Origin: an uncultured Clostridia bacterium
GTDB lineage: Bacteria > Bacillota > Clostridia > Oscillospirales > Ruminococcaceae
Assembly: GCA_947381875.1 (NCBI GenBank)
Contig: CANCXY010000001.1
Span: 1-55,905 of the forward strand
DNA: 55,905 nucleotides
Direction of reading: 5' to 3'
A program made the translations under genes and the position numbers. Under the pieces are notes generated by a model. It saw only the letters and a list, made by a program, of their open reading frames with translations. It was not told the DNA's origin and did no database searches. How positions within the stretch are numbered: the stretch's first letter is position 1; every line of letters starts with the position of its first letter. Positions 38,172 to 47,062 of this stretch are shown here, piece after piece.

Positions 38172-39302
38172 TCATTCTCCGGCCCCGGAACTGCCCGCGT
38201 CGGGCGGCGGCGCCTGCATGCTTGTGCTGGAACTGTCCTGCCCTGCCGCGCTGGAACTGCCGGACGCACCGCCGTCCCCCGCGCTGCCGGAACCTCCGCT
38301 GTCCCCGGCTCCGCTTTCATCCTCCGGCTGTGGCGCAGCAGAGCTGGTGGAATCATCCGGCAGGACGGCGGAATTGCTGCTGGACGCGCCCTGGTCCTCG
38401 TCATCTTCCGGGGCGCTGGATGAATCGGGTTCAACCGTGCCTGTCGATTTATTAAACTTCTCCGGGTCAAGCAGATCCTCAATACTGTCCATCTTATCCT
38501 TGCCCTCGAACGGCTCGGCGGTGAACAGGCCGGAAACAGCCTGCGCCAGTTCGGGGGATTCCGCAAGGGGCGAATCATTGCTGATAATCACCAGCTCGAC
38601 GCGCCGGTTATGTTCGCGCCCGCTGCTTTCGTCGTTGGTGTCGATAGGGTAATTCTTGCCAAAGGCGATGGGCCGCAGGAGTTTGGGCGCTATCTCGTTT
38701 TCTTCTTCAAAATACTGCGCCACCACCGCCGCACGTTCGGCGCTGAGCAGCCAGTCGGAAACGCCGTAGTTATCGGAGTTGACGGAGGCCGTGTGCCCGC
38801 TGATGCTGATAAGCCAGATCTGGTCCTCCAGCGTTTTCAGGCTCTGGCCCAGAAAGTCGAGGTTAGGGCGGGCCTCCTCGGTAAGCTGGTAGCTGTCCGG
38901 GCGGAAGAACAGGCTGTTCTGGTAGCGCACATACACCACGCCCTCGCCCTGTGCCAGCTCGATGGAGTCCTGCATATTATTTTCTTCCACGAATTCTTCC
39001 AGATACTCGAACAGGTTCTCAAATTCCAGCGGCGGTTCCTCGGTCGGGTCGGTGCCCGCGCCGTCCTGCATCTCATTGCCGGGCACCATATGGTCGCCCT
39101 TTTCGGAGGAAGGCGTCAGAACCACCTGCGCGGTATCCTCGCCGGGGTTGGAGAACGCCTTGACGAACGCCTCCCACTTCTCACTGTTCACCGAAGACAT
39201 ACTGTAAAGCAGAACAAAGAAGCAAAGCAGCAGCGTGACCATATCGCCATATGTGTCTTTCCAACCGTCGTTTCTGTCTTCTTCCTGTGCCCTTCTTGCC
39301 AT
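38172..39302 (-). CDS. motB: Flagellar stator protein MotB with Ser/Gly/Asp-rich tail
   Basis: WKDTYGDMVTLLLCFFVLLYSMS; OmpA-like ISGHT..WLLSAERA..NRRVEL. Confidence 0.93.
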   Translation of the reverse strand: MARRAQEEDRNDGWKDTYGDMVTLLLCFFVLLYSMSSVNSEKWEAFVKAFSNPGEDTAQVVLTPSSEKGDHMVPGNEMQDGAGTDPTEEPPLEFENLFEYLEEFVEENNMQDSIELAQGEGVVYVRYQNSLFFRPDSYQLTEEARPNLDFLGQSLKTLEDQIWLISISGHTASVNSDNYGVSDWLLSAERAAVVAQYFEEENEIAPKLLRPIAFGKNYPIDTNDESSGREHNRRVELVIISNDSPLAESPELAQAVSGLFTAEPFEGKDKMDSIEDLLDPEKFNKSTGTVEPDSSSAPEDDEDQGASSSNSAVLPDDSTSSAAPQPEDESGAGDSGGSGSAGDGGASGSSSAAGQDSSSTSMQAPPPDAGSSGAGE

Positions 39303-39319
39303 AATACCCACCTCCCTAT

Positions 39320-39435
39320 GGGGCTGCCATCCAGGGGCTGTGCCCCTGGACCCCGCCGGGCTGCCGCCCGGACCTGCCCAGAGGCCCTGCCTCTGGACTC
39401 CGCCAAAGGGGCACAGCCCCTTTGGAAACCCATCT
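39320..39435. repeat. Family A repeat, copy 8 (motA-motB spacer)
   Basis: CCAGGGGC-TGT-GCCCCTGG, CCGGGCTGCCGCCCGG, CCAGAGGC-CCT-GCCTCTGG, CCAAAGGGGC-ACA-GCCCCTTTGG. Confidence 0.9.
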
Positions 39436-39465
39436 CATTCCATGTTGATTGTGTTCGTGCCGGGT

Positions 39466-40305
39466 TTACTTTGCGTCACCGCCGCCGCCTTCGCCGCGGC
39501 CGCCCTTGCCAGCCGATTTTTTCACGATATAGCCCGGAATGAGCTGCTCTAACTTCTCACGCAGGAAACGCGGCGCGTCGCCCGCTTGGATGCCCTCGAT
39601 GCCCTCTTTTACGATCATCTTGCATAAGTATTCTTCCTCGTGGCGTATTTTCAGCTTGCTGGAAATAGGGGTGAAAATGCCGTTCGCGAGGATGGAGCCG
39701 TAGAACGTGGTGACAAGCGCCAAGGCCATAGCCGGGGCGATGGCGTCCGGGTCGTCTAACTGTTTCAACATGTTGATAAGGCCCATCAGTGTACCGATCA
39801 TACCGAACGCCGGGCCGTAGCCCGCGGCCTTGTCGTAGAACGCGCGGTCCTGGCCGTGGCGGTCGTCCAGATAATCCAGCTCCGCCTGTAAAATTTCTTT
39901 TACCTTCTCCGCGTCCACCGCGTCGACGACAAGCATCATGCCGTTTTTGAGGAACTCGTCTTTTGTCTCCTCTAACTTCGCTTCCAGAGAAAGCAGGCCG
40001 TTGGAACGGGCCTCCTCGGCCAGGTCAACGATCTCATCAATGTATTTCTGGGGGTTGTACTTCGTGGGCAGGAATACAATTTTCAAATGGCGCGGGATCT
40101 TCGCAACCGCTTTGGCGGGGAAAGATACCATCATGGCTGTGACAACGCCGCCCAGCGTAACGGCAAGGCTGCTGGGGTCCCAGAAGTTTTGGAGGTTGGC
40201 GAACTTGATAAATTCGCCCGTGGCGAGGCCGTCTTTGTCGAATACGATGCCGAATACGACCAGAGCAATCATTAAAACCCAGCCGAGAATACTCATTATA
40301 TCCAT
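39466..40305 (-). CDS. motA: Flagellar stator protein MotA
   Basis: ARSNGLLSLE, PAFGMIGTLMGLI, ALVTTFYG. Confidence 0.95.
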   Translation of the reverse strand: MDIMSILGWVLMIALVVFGIVFDKDGLATGEFIKFANLQNFWDPSSLAVTLGGVVTAMMVSFPAKAVAKIPRHLKIVFLPTKYNPQKYIDEIVDLAEEARSNGLLSLEAKLEETKDEFLKNGMMLVVDAVDAEKVKEILQAELDYLDDRHGQDRAFYDKAAGYGPAFGMIGTLMGLINMLKQLDDPDAIAPAMALALVTTFYGSILANGIFTPISSKLKIRHEEEYLCKMIVKEGIEGIQAGDAPRFLREKLEQLIPGYIVKKSAGKGGRGEGGGGDAK

Positions 40306-40337
40306 AAGTGCGTAACCATCCTTCCGCCATGCGCAGC

Positions 40338-40550
40338 TTAATCAAAATCTGGCCCCGGTTCCGGGTCGGGGTTGAAGATGCGCCGTTTATAGTTTACTGT
40401 CCGCTGGATCACTTCGTCCCTCGATTCGCGCACGATATGCAGCGCGCCGTTGGTGAGCATGATCGTTGTGTCCGGGTTCGATGTGATCGTCTCGATCAGG
40501 TCGCAGTTCAGCGCAAATTCCACGCCGCGCAGATTCGTAAGAACGATCAA
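40338..40550 (-). CDS. flbD: Flagellar protein FlbD/SwrD family
   Basis: (M)IVLTNLRGVEFALNCDLIETITSNPDTTIMLTNG..VRES; TTG 40550 spaced from AAGGAG. Confidence 0.9.
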   Translation of the reverse strand: MIVLTNLRGVEFALNCDLIETITSNPDTTIMLTNGALHIVRESRDEVIQRTVNYKRRIFNPDPEPGPDFD

Positions 40551-40573
40551 TGATATCATCTCCTTATCCATAG

Positions 40574-40617
40574 TCTTGGACAAACGGACATGCCGGGGCA
40601 CATCCGCTTGTCCAAGA
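40574..40617. other. Hairpin between flgE and flbD (possible mRNA stabiliser)
   Basis: TCTTGGACAA.CGGA ... TCCG.TTGTCCAAGA. Confidence 0.5.
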
Positions 40618-40694
40618 CGGCGAGCAGCCTCGCCGCCCTGTCTGGACTTCCCCCCGCGAAGGGGGGAAGAAACGCTTATTTGCTTATTATACCA

Positions 40695-42485
40695 CTATCG
40701 TTTGAGATTTACCAGCTCTTCCAGCATGGTATCTGAAACGGTGATGATGCGGGCGTTGGCCTGGTAGCCGCGCTGGGTGACGATCATATCCGAGAATTCC
40801 TGCGAGAGGTCGACGTTCGACATTTCGAGCGAGGAACTCTTGATGGCGCCCGTGCCGTCCTCGCCGGGGATGGCCAGATTGGGATTGCCGGAGTTCGCGG
40901 TCGGTGTGTAGTAGCTGTTGCCGGACTGCATGAGGCCCTGCGGGTTCACGAAGTTCGCAAGGTCGATGCGGCCAAGCACAAGGCGGCCATGTACAGCGTG
41001 GGAACCGATGATGGTGCCGTCCGGGTTGAAAGCGATGCCGGTCAGGTTCTCATACGACTGCGGCCCGCCCTCGGTGCCGCCGGAGAGCGTCCAGGTCTGC
41101 TTGCCGAGGCCGATGGCTTTTGTCGTGACGCTGGGGGTGAGTTCAATGGGCTTAGTGGCAGTTGTTGTTGCATCAGTAGGAGCCTTATTATCATTTATAA
41201 GCTTCTGAATGGATGCTGATGAGATTTTAAGACCCATCGTATCCGTAGCGCTTACATTCGTACCGTCTGCGCTCAGTTTGAGTATTGTGCCATTATCCTG
41301 AATCGCCTGCGTCAATTCTATTTCTTGCGATACATACTTCGTTGGTGCTGTTGCCCCATCCTTTGCTGTGCCCGTAACTGTTACCTCAATTTTCAGTTTT
41401 GCAGGGCTGGCCGGTGTGGTTGTGGTGGCACTGGTATATGTAACCTTCATGCCGCCAACATTGATTTTCGTACCCGGCTTAAACTTCTCACCAAATGTTT
41501 CCCCAAACTGGTCTATAAAGGACACCCCTTTCCAGAAGGCATCTGCTTTATCGTCAAGCACATCTGAAACAAAGGGGACACTGGAGGATCCATAAGTGGT
41601 TTTTATACGGCTACTGCAAATCTCTGCACCGGTTAAACCGCCTTCTTGAATCTGATTAAAACTGACTTCATTCTGCCCTGTTGTATCATACAGCTTGAAT
41701 GTAAAATCTCCGCCGCCAAACGCGCCGCCATTGGCAAGGGTTATTTGCTCGTTGACCGCCTTTTCCAGTTCAGATATATCTGTAAAGGTTTCGTTTTCAT
41801 TCAAGCGGACAGTAATATTGCTGCTGCCGCTCTCCATAATCACTTCCACTTTCTCGCCTGCAAAGAACGGCTCCCCCGTACTCTTGTTCTTGCTGGAAGA
41901 GAATGTGAAGCTGACGTTGCCCAGCGTATTCTGTTCACCGGCTTTAATGAGCAGTTTTCTGCCCAATAAGTCTGCTTCAATGGTACCATATGCAGGCTCC
42001 ACCGGGTCAACATTGATTTTAATAATGGAACTGCCCGGCGACGTGCTGTCAAGCCGCCCGCTGGTGGCCGTAGTACCGAGGACAAAGTTACCGTTGCCGT
42101 CAACCACACAGCCATTGGTATCAATGTTGAGCATACCGGCCTTGGTGTAATAGATATTGCCGTCTGGGTCCTGTACCTGGAAGAAGCCGTCGCCCGTGAT
42201 GGCAAGGTCAAGCGTGTTGCCTGTGTTCGTCATGGCGGACTGACCCATCTGCAAGTCGACGCTGGCAAGCTGTGTGCCATAGCCAATCTGGGACGGGTTG
42301 ATACCGCCGCGGGTAGATGTACCAGCCGAAGCGCCGCGGATTTGCTGCGCGTAGATATCGCGGAAGGTGGCGCGGCTGGATTTGAAGCCGTAGGTGTTTA
42401 CGTTCGCAATGTTATTGCCGATAACGTCCAGGCGCGACATGTGGGTTTTCAGGCCCGCCACGCCGGAGTATAATGCACGCATCAT
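40695..42485 (-). CDS. flgE: Flagellar hook protein with large variable central region
   Basis: IGNNIANVNTYGFK, DLAITGDGFF, LEMSNVDLSQEFSDMIVTQRGYQANAR. Confidence 0.95.
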   Translation of the reverse strand: MMRALYSGVAGLKTHMSRLDVIGNNIANVNTYGFKSSRATFRDIYAQQIRGASAGTSTRGGINPSQIGYGTQLASVDLQMGQSAMTNTGNTLDLAITGDGFFQVQDPDGNIYYTKAGMLNIDTNGCVVDGNGNFVLGTTATSGRLDSTSPGSSIIKINVDPVEPAYGTIEADLLGRKLLIKAGEQNTLGNVSFTFSSSKNKSTGEPFFAGEKVEVIMESGSSNITVRLNENETFTDISELEKAVNEQITLANGGAFGGGDFTFKLYDTTGQNEVSFNQIQEGGLTGAEICSSRIKTTYGSSSVPFVSDVLDDKADAFWKGVSFIDQFGETFGEKFKPGTKINVGGMKVTYTSATTTTPASPAKLKIEVTVTGTAKDGATAPTKYVSQEIELTQAIQDNGTILKLSADGTNVSATDTMGLKISSASIQKLINDNKAPTDATTTATKPIELTPSVTTKAIGLGKQTWTLSGGTEGGPQSYENLTGIAFNPDGTIIGSHAVHGRLVLGRIDLANFVNPQGLMQSGNSYYTPTANSGNPNLAIPGEDGTGAIKSSSLEMSNVDLSQEFSDMIVTQRGYQANARIITVSDTMLEELVNLKR

Positions 42486-42513
42486 AACAGGTTTCTCTCC
42501 TTTTCTCATAAAA

Positions 42514-42589
42514 GGGACCGTCCAGCGCCCTCAGTCGGTCGGGCGCCGGAATGACCTCCTGTCAGGTCCGGTCACACAATAACGGTCCC
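42514..42589 (-). promoter_or_regulatory. Candidate structured RNA element 5' of the flgE RBS
   Basis: Outer helix GGGACCGT/ACGGTCCC enclosing GACC-GGA-CCT-GAC-AGG-A-GGTC and TCCGGCGCCC-GACCGACTGA-GGGCGCTGGA. Confidence 0.5.
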
Positions 42590-42973
42590 ATCAATGTTCG
42601 TAATAGCCCGCCCGCGCAGGCCGGAAAGGCTTGTAATCACTTTCCCCGCGTCGGCGTTCACAACAAACGCGCTGTCGTCCAGCAGGATCAGCGTATTGGT
42701 AAGCCCCTTTTCCCGCGCGATGCGCAGGCCCTCGTCGAGGCGTGCAAGCCCGTTCGGAGGCAAGTGGATGTCCCGCTGTTCCAGCCGTGTAGCGGCGTGT
42801 TTGGAAAAGGTCAGCCCGCTGTCCGTGCTGCTGAGACCCTCTAAAATTTCCCGAAAGCTCAGGCCCGTTTCCGTACCCGCCGCAGCCGGGGCCTGCGGCT
42901 TTGTGCCGATGGCGGGCGCCGTGCCGGTGCGGATGGGTGTAGCCAATCGGCTTTGGAGCAAAATATCGTCCAT
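42572..42973 (-). CDS. Flagellar operon protein (TIGR02530 type)
   Basis: LTFSKHAATRLEQR, AREKG, AFVVN..VIT, ITNIDGTVI; between flgD and flgE. Confidence 0.9.
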   Translation of the reverse strand: MDDILLQSRLATPIRTGTAPAIGTKPQAPAAAGTETGLSFREILEGLSSTDSGLTFSKHAATRLEQRDIHLPPNGLARLDEGLRIAREKGLTNTLILLDDSAFVVNADAGKVITSLSGLRGRAITNIDGTVIV

Positions 42974-43007
42974 GTTCGCCCCTCATTTCGTACAAGTAGT
43001 GGTTTGC

Positions 43008-43595
43008 TTATGCGGTCTCTGTTCCCTCGGCGTCGTCGGGACCGGCGTTTTCGTCTTTCCCGTCGCCTGTGTCGGTACCGGTGTTGGTGTCGTTCTTGTC
43101 GTCCGCCTCACTGGCCGCGCCAAGCTCCATGATCTGCGAAAGCGAGAACTTTTCGCCGTTCACATAGATGGAATAGTCGTTATCGGCCAGGATGATGCGT
43201 TCTACCTTGCCCGTCTCCTTTACCACGTTGCCGGAAACGTTGAATTTCGCGCATGTGACGGTCTGGCCCACGAGGGAAAGCATGTAGTTATTTTTCATGT
43301 TGGCCGTCATGTCGCTCATGCCCTGCATCATGGAGAACTGCGCCATCTGGGTGACGAACTGGGTGTCGTCCACGGGGTTCATGAAGTCCTGGCTGGTGAG
43401 CTGCGCGACCATAATCTTCAAAAAGCCGTCCATATCCAGGGCGTTTGTGCCGTCCTCGTCTACCACCATGTTCCAGTTCTGGGGTTTTTTCGTGCCGGTG
43501 GTCTCGTCGGTTTTATTGGTGCCGTACTTGGTTTCCTCTAAGTAGTCGCGGTAACTGTCGTAGCCGGAGCTGAAAAAATCGACAGAAGATGCCAT
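43008..43595 (-). CDS. flgD: Flagellar hook capping protein
   Basis: FLKIMVAQLTSQDFMNPVDDTQFVTQMAQFS. Confidence 0.95.
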   Translation of the reverse strand: MASSVDFFSSGYDSYRDYLEETKYGTNKTDETTGTKKPQNWNMVVDEDGTNALDMDGFLKIMVAQLTSQDFMNPVDDTQFVTQMAQFSMMQGMSDMTANMKNNYMLSLVGQTVTCAKFNVSGNVVKETGKVERIILADNDYSIYVNGEKFSLSQIMELGAASEADDKNDTNTGTDTGDGKDENAGPDDAEGTETA

Positions 43596-43648
43596 ACAGT
43601 GTTTCTCCTTTCTTTACGGGATTTTGTACCTGTGAAATGAACAAAGCG

Positions 43649-44869
43649 TCAAATCAGAAGGTTTACGTTGGTGTCGTCGGGCGCTTCCTGTACCTCGTCC
43701 ACGGCGTCGATGGCGGCTTCAAAGCCATTGCCGCGGTTCCGGCGGCTGCGGGAAGATGTGCCGGACTGCTGCCCATCGTTGTTCTGCCACGCGAACTGCT
43801 GGCGGCCCGCCTGGTCGTCCGCAAGGGCCGCACCGGCGGCGTAGGACTGATCCGCGGGCTGCACGGTGACAATCTCCTGCACCTGTGCGCGCAGGGGGCG
43901 CAGTGCGTTCTGCAATACAGCCACGTCGTTGGCAATCATCCTGCCGACGGACGCGCTTGTGGTGACGATGCGCAGAGCGATTTCGTTCTTTTCCTCGGTG
44001 AACTTCACCATAATCTCGCCCATGCCCTCTGGTTTCAGCCGCACGGTAAATTCATTTTTGCCCTGCTTCACATTGTCTAAAATGCCTGTTTTGAGCTGCT
44101 CGGCGATGTTGTTGATGTCGGCTGTCTGCTCGCGCTGCGCGGCGGGGTCGACTGCATACTGCCGGTTGTTGACAGCCTGCTGCAACGCCTCAATGTCCAG
44201 CGGCTGCGTTTTTTCGCCGCCGGCGTTCTGCTTTGTGCCCAATGTCTCGCGCACGCTCCGCACGGCGGACTGCGCGCGCATCTGCTCCATCAGCGCGTCG
44301 GCCTCGGTTTTCATGGCGCGGGTTTCGAGTGTTGGGGCCGTCCTTTCGGGCACAAGCTCGGAGAAATAGGCGTCCCATTCCGCGTCCACGTCCGTGAGGC
44401 GGTCGGCGAAAGTATCCGCGCGGGCCTGGTCGAACGCGTCGGCCAGCATTTGGGCGCTCTCCGGGGAACTGGCCTGCTGCATCAGCACATACTGCACGAG
44501 GGAGGCCATATCCATGCCGCCCATGCCTCCCGCCGAAACGGACTGCATCGACTGCACAAGCTCCTCATACTGCTGCATCAGCTCCGGGTTGATGGTCTGC
44601 AAGCCGAACAGAGAACCCGCCAGCAGCTCCATCGCCTGCACGTTTGGTTCATCCTTCTTCGTGCCCTGTCCATCCAGGATCCCGGCGATCAGCTCGTCGG
44701 CATTCTGCGATTGCAGGCTGCTTGTGTCCCCCATCATCTGCGCAAACAGCGCGGCGAATATCCCGTCCAAGCCGTCGCCCATCTGTGTGCCGGCCATATT
44801 GCCGGAGAGCTGCGCGGTGCGCATCTGGACAAGATCGCCCACTGTAAATGCTGCATCCACAGGTTTCAC
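43649..44869 (-). CDS. fliK: Flagellar hook-length control protein
   Basis: C-terminal FTVRLKPEGMGEIMV..LQNAL; position after fliJ. Confidence 0.85.
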   Translation of the reverse strand: MKPVDAAFTVGDLVQMRTAQLSGNMAGTQMGDGLDGIFAALFAQMMGDTSSLQSQNADELIAGILDGQGTKKDEPNVQAMELLAGSLFGLQTINPELMQQYEELVQSMQSVSAGGMGGMDMASLVQYVLMQQASSPESAQMLADAFDQARADTFADRLTDVDAEWDAYFSELVPERTAPTLETRAMKTEADALMEQMRAQSAVRSVRETLGTKQNAGGEKTQPLDIEALQQAVNNRQYAVDPAAQREQTADINNIAEQLKTGILDNVKQGKNEFTVRLKPEGMGEIMVKFTEEKNEIALRIVTTSASVGRMIANDVAVLQNALRPLRAQVQEIVTVQPADQSYAAGAALADDQAGRQQFAWQNNDGQQSGTSSRSRRNRGNGFEAAIDAVDEVQEAPDDTNVNLLI

Positions 44870-44918
44870 CTCCTTTAAGTAAGATATTTATGTTGAACCC
44901 TTCCGGGTTTCAACCATT

Positions 44919-45036
44919 GTTGGGCTGCCGCCCAGGGGCGCTGCCCCTGGACCCCGCCGGGCGCTGCCCGGACCCGCCAGAGGCCCTGCCTCTGGACTCT
45001 GCCAAAGGGGCGCAGCCCCTTTGGAAACCCATCTTG
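44919..45036. repeat. Family A repeat, copy 9
   Basis: CCAGGGGC-GCT-GCCCCTGG..CCAGAGGC-CCT-GCCTCTGG..CCAAAGGGGC-GCA-GCCCCTTTGGAAACCCATCTTG. Confidence 0.9.
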
Positions 45037-45059
45037 TCCCGGATGGTTTCCGCGCTCTA

Positions 45060-45509
45060 TTATACAGCGCTGCGGCGGGTAACGTTCGTGACAATCATAT
45101 CTTCTATGCGGGCGGCTTCGGCTTTTTTCTCCGTCTCGCGGTAGATTTCAAGCTGCCGTTCCTCGATCTTCTCGAATTTGGAGACTTCGCGCGACGCCTC
45201 GACCACGACGAGGGTTTGTTTTTCAATGTTCTTCTGGATATCGGCGCGCTTTTTGGCAAGGTCCTCTAATTGCAGACGGATATTGGAGCGGCGCGCGTTG
45301 AAGCCCATCAGTTCCGCGATGGTAATGCCTGTGGCCTGTGCGTCGCGCATTTCCATGGCGATATCGCACGAGGCGCGGTTGAGCGCGGCGATTTCATCTT
45401 CCAACTGCCGCCTGCGCCCCTGGAGCTGGCCCAAGCGGTTCTTTTCCGCGTCCAGTACATTCTGTTTCAGGTCCAAAATCTTCTGCATGGAAAACTGGAA
45501 CTTTTTCAC
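45060..45509 (-). CDS. fliJ: Flagellar export chaperone
   Basis: KFQFSMQKILDLK, coiled coil, EVSKFEKIEER; follows fliI. Confidence 0.88.
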   Translation of the reverse strand: MKKFQFSMQKILDLKQNVLDAEKNRLGQLQGRRRQLEDEIAALNRASCDIAMEMRDAQATGITIAELMGFNARRSNIRLQLEDLAKKRADIQKNIEKQTLVVVEASREVSKFEKIEERQLEIYRETEKKAEAARIEDMIVTNVTRRSAV

Positions 45510-45541
45510 GGGGCGCTCTTTCCTTTCCTATGTAGAATCAA

Positions 45542-46867
45542 TTACGCGACGATCTGTGCCATGCGTGCAAGGGTATCTTCAAAATCGGTCTTTTCGCCCA
45601 CGGGCTGCTGCAACATCTGGTTGATGGCGTCGATATGGCGTATCGCCTCATCGAGGCGCGGGTTCGTGCCCGATTTGTACGCGCCGATGGAGATAAGGTC
45701 CTGGTTCTCCTCGTAAACGGCCATCATGTTCCGTATCTTCGCGGCGGCTTTCTGGTGGTCCTGCCCGGCGATGGTACTCATCAGACGGCTGACGCTCGCC
45801 AGCACGTCGATTGCGGGGTAATGGTTGCGCATTGCCACCTTGCGTGACAGGATAATATGCCCGTCTACAATACCGCGGACGGTATCGGAAATCGGCTCGT
45901 TGGTATCGTCGCCCTCCACAAGCACCGTATAAATGCCGGTGATGGACCCGCGCTCAAAGTTCCCCGAACGTTCCAGCAGCTTTGGCAATACCGCGTAGAT
46001 GGACGGCGTATAGCCGCGCGCGACGGGCAATTCCCCGGTACTCAACCCGATTTCCCGCTGCGCCATACAGTAGCGCGTGAGGGAATCCATCATCAACAAT
46101 ACATCTTTTCCCTGGTCACGGAAATACTCGGCAACGGTGGTCGCTGTGAGGGCGCATTTGGAACGCATCATGGCCGACTGGTCGGATGTCGCGACCACAA
46201 GCACCGTGCGCTTCACGCCTTCAGGGCCAAGATCCCGGTTGATAAACTCGACCACCTCGCGCCCGCGTTCGCCGACGAGTGCAATCACATTCACATCGGC
46301 TTTGATGTTGCGCGCAATCATGCCCATCAGCGTACTTTTCCCGACGCCGCTGCCCGCGAAAATGCCCATACGCTGTCCCTTGCCAATCGTGAGCAGCCCG
46401 TCAATGACGCGCACGCCAATTTAAATCACCTGGTCAATGGGAGGGCGGTCCATCGGGTTGGAGTGCCCCCCATTGATGGGGTACCGCACGCCCATCCCCA
46501 GCGGCGGCCCGCCGTCGATGGGGTTCCCCAGCGCGTCGACCGTCCGTCCAATGAGCGCGTCGCTGATAGGAATGGTAAGTTTCTGGTTCGTATTCGTCAC
46601 AACGTTCCCATACCCAATGCCCTCCACATCCTGATAGGGCATCAAAACAGTAACGTCTTTCTTAATACCGATTACTTCCGCCAAAACATTCTCATGCGAA
46701 TTTAACTGAATATTGCAAATATCGCCCACATTGCAGGTCAGGCCGGTGGCCTCTACAGTCATCCCAACGCTGGACCGTATCTTCCCATGCGTGGAATATA
46801 GGCTCCCCATCCGCATAGCCCGGCGCAGGTCCGCCGTGCGGTTCTCTCGTGTAAGTACAGCAGGCAT
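45542..46867 (-). pseudogene. fliI: Flagellar export ATPase with in-frame TAA at 46421-46423
   Basis: One frame of 442 codons from ATG 46867 (GGAGG RBS): ..RPPIDQVI*IGVRVIDGLLTIGKGQRMGIFAGSGVGKS.. Confidence 0.88.
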
Positions 46868-46923
46868 ACACCAAGCCTCCTTCCCTGCCTGTATGTGCGC
46901 GGAAACGTAAACCATGATTGGGT

Positions 46924-47055
46924 GCGCGGCAATGAAATTGCCGCGCGTGATGGGATTCCAAAGGGGCTGCGCCCCTTTGGCGGAGTCCAGAGGCAGCGCC
47001 TCTGGCAGGATTCCAAAGGGCAGCGCCCTTTGGGCAGGTCCGGGCGGCAGCCCGG
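46924..47055. repeat. Family A repeat, copy 10
   Basis: GCGCGGCAAT-GAA-ATTGCCGCGC..GGGATTCCAAAGGGGC-TGC-GCCCCTTTGG..CCAGAGGC-AGC-GCCTCTGG..CCAAAGGGC-AGC-GCCCTTTGG..CCGGGCGGCAGCCCGG. Confidence 0.9.
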
Positions 47056-47062
47056 TGACGCC

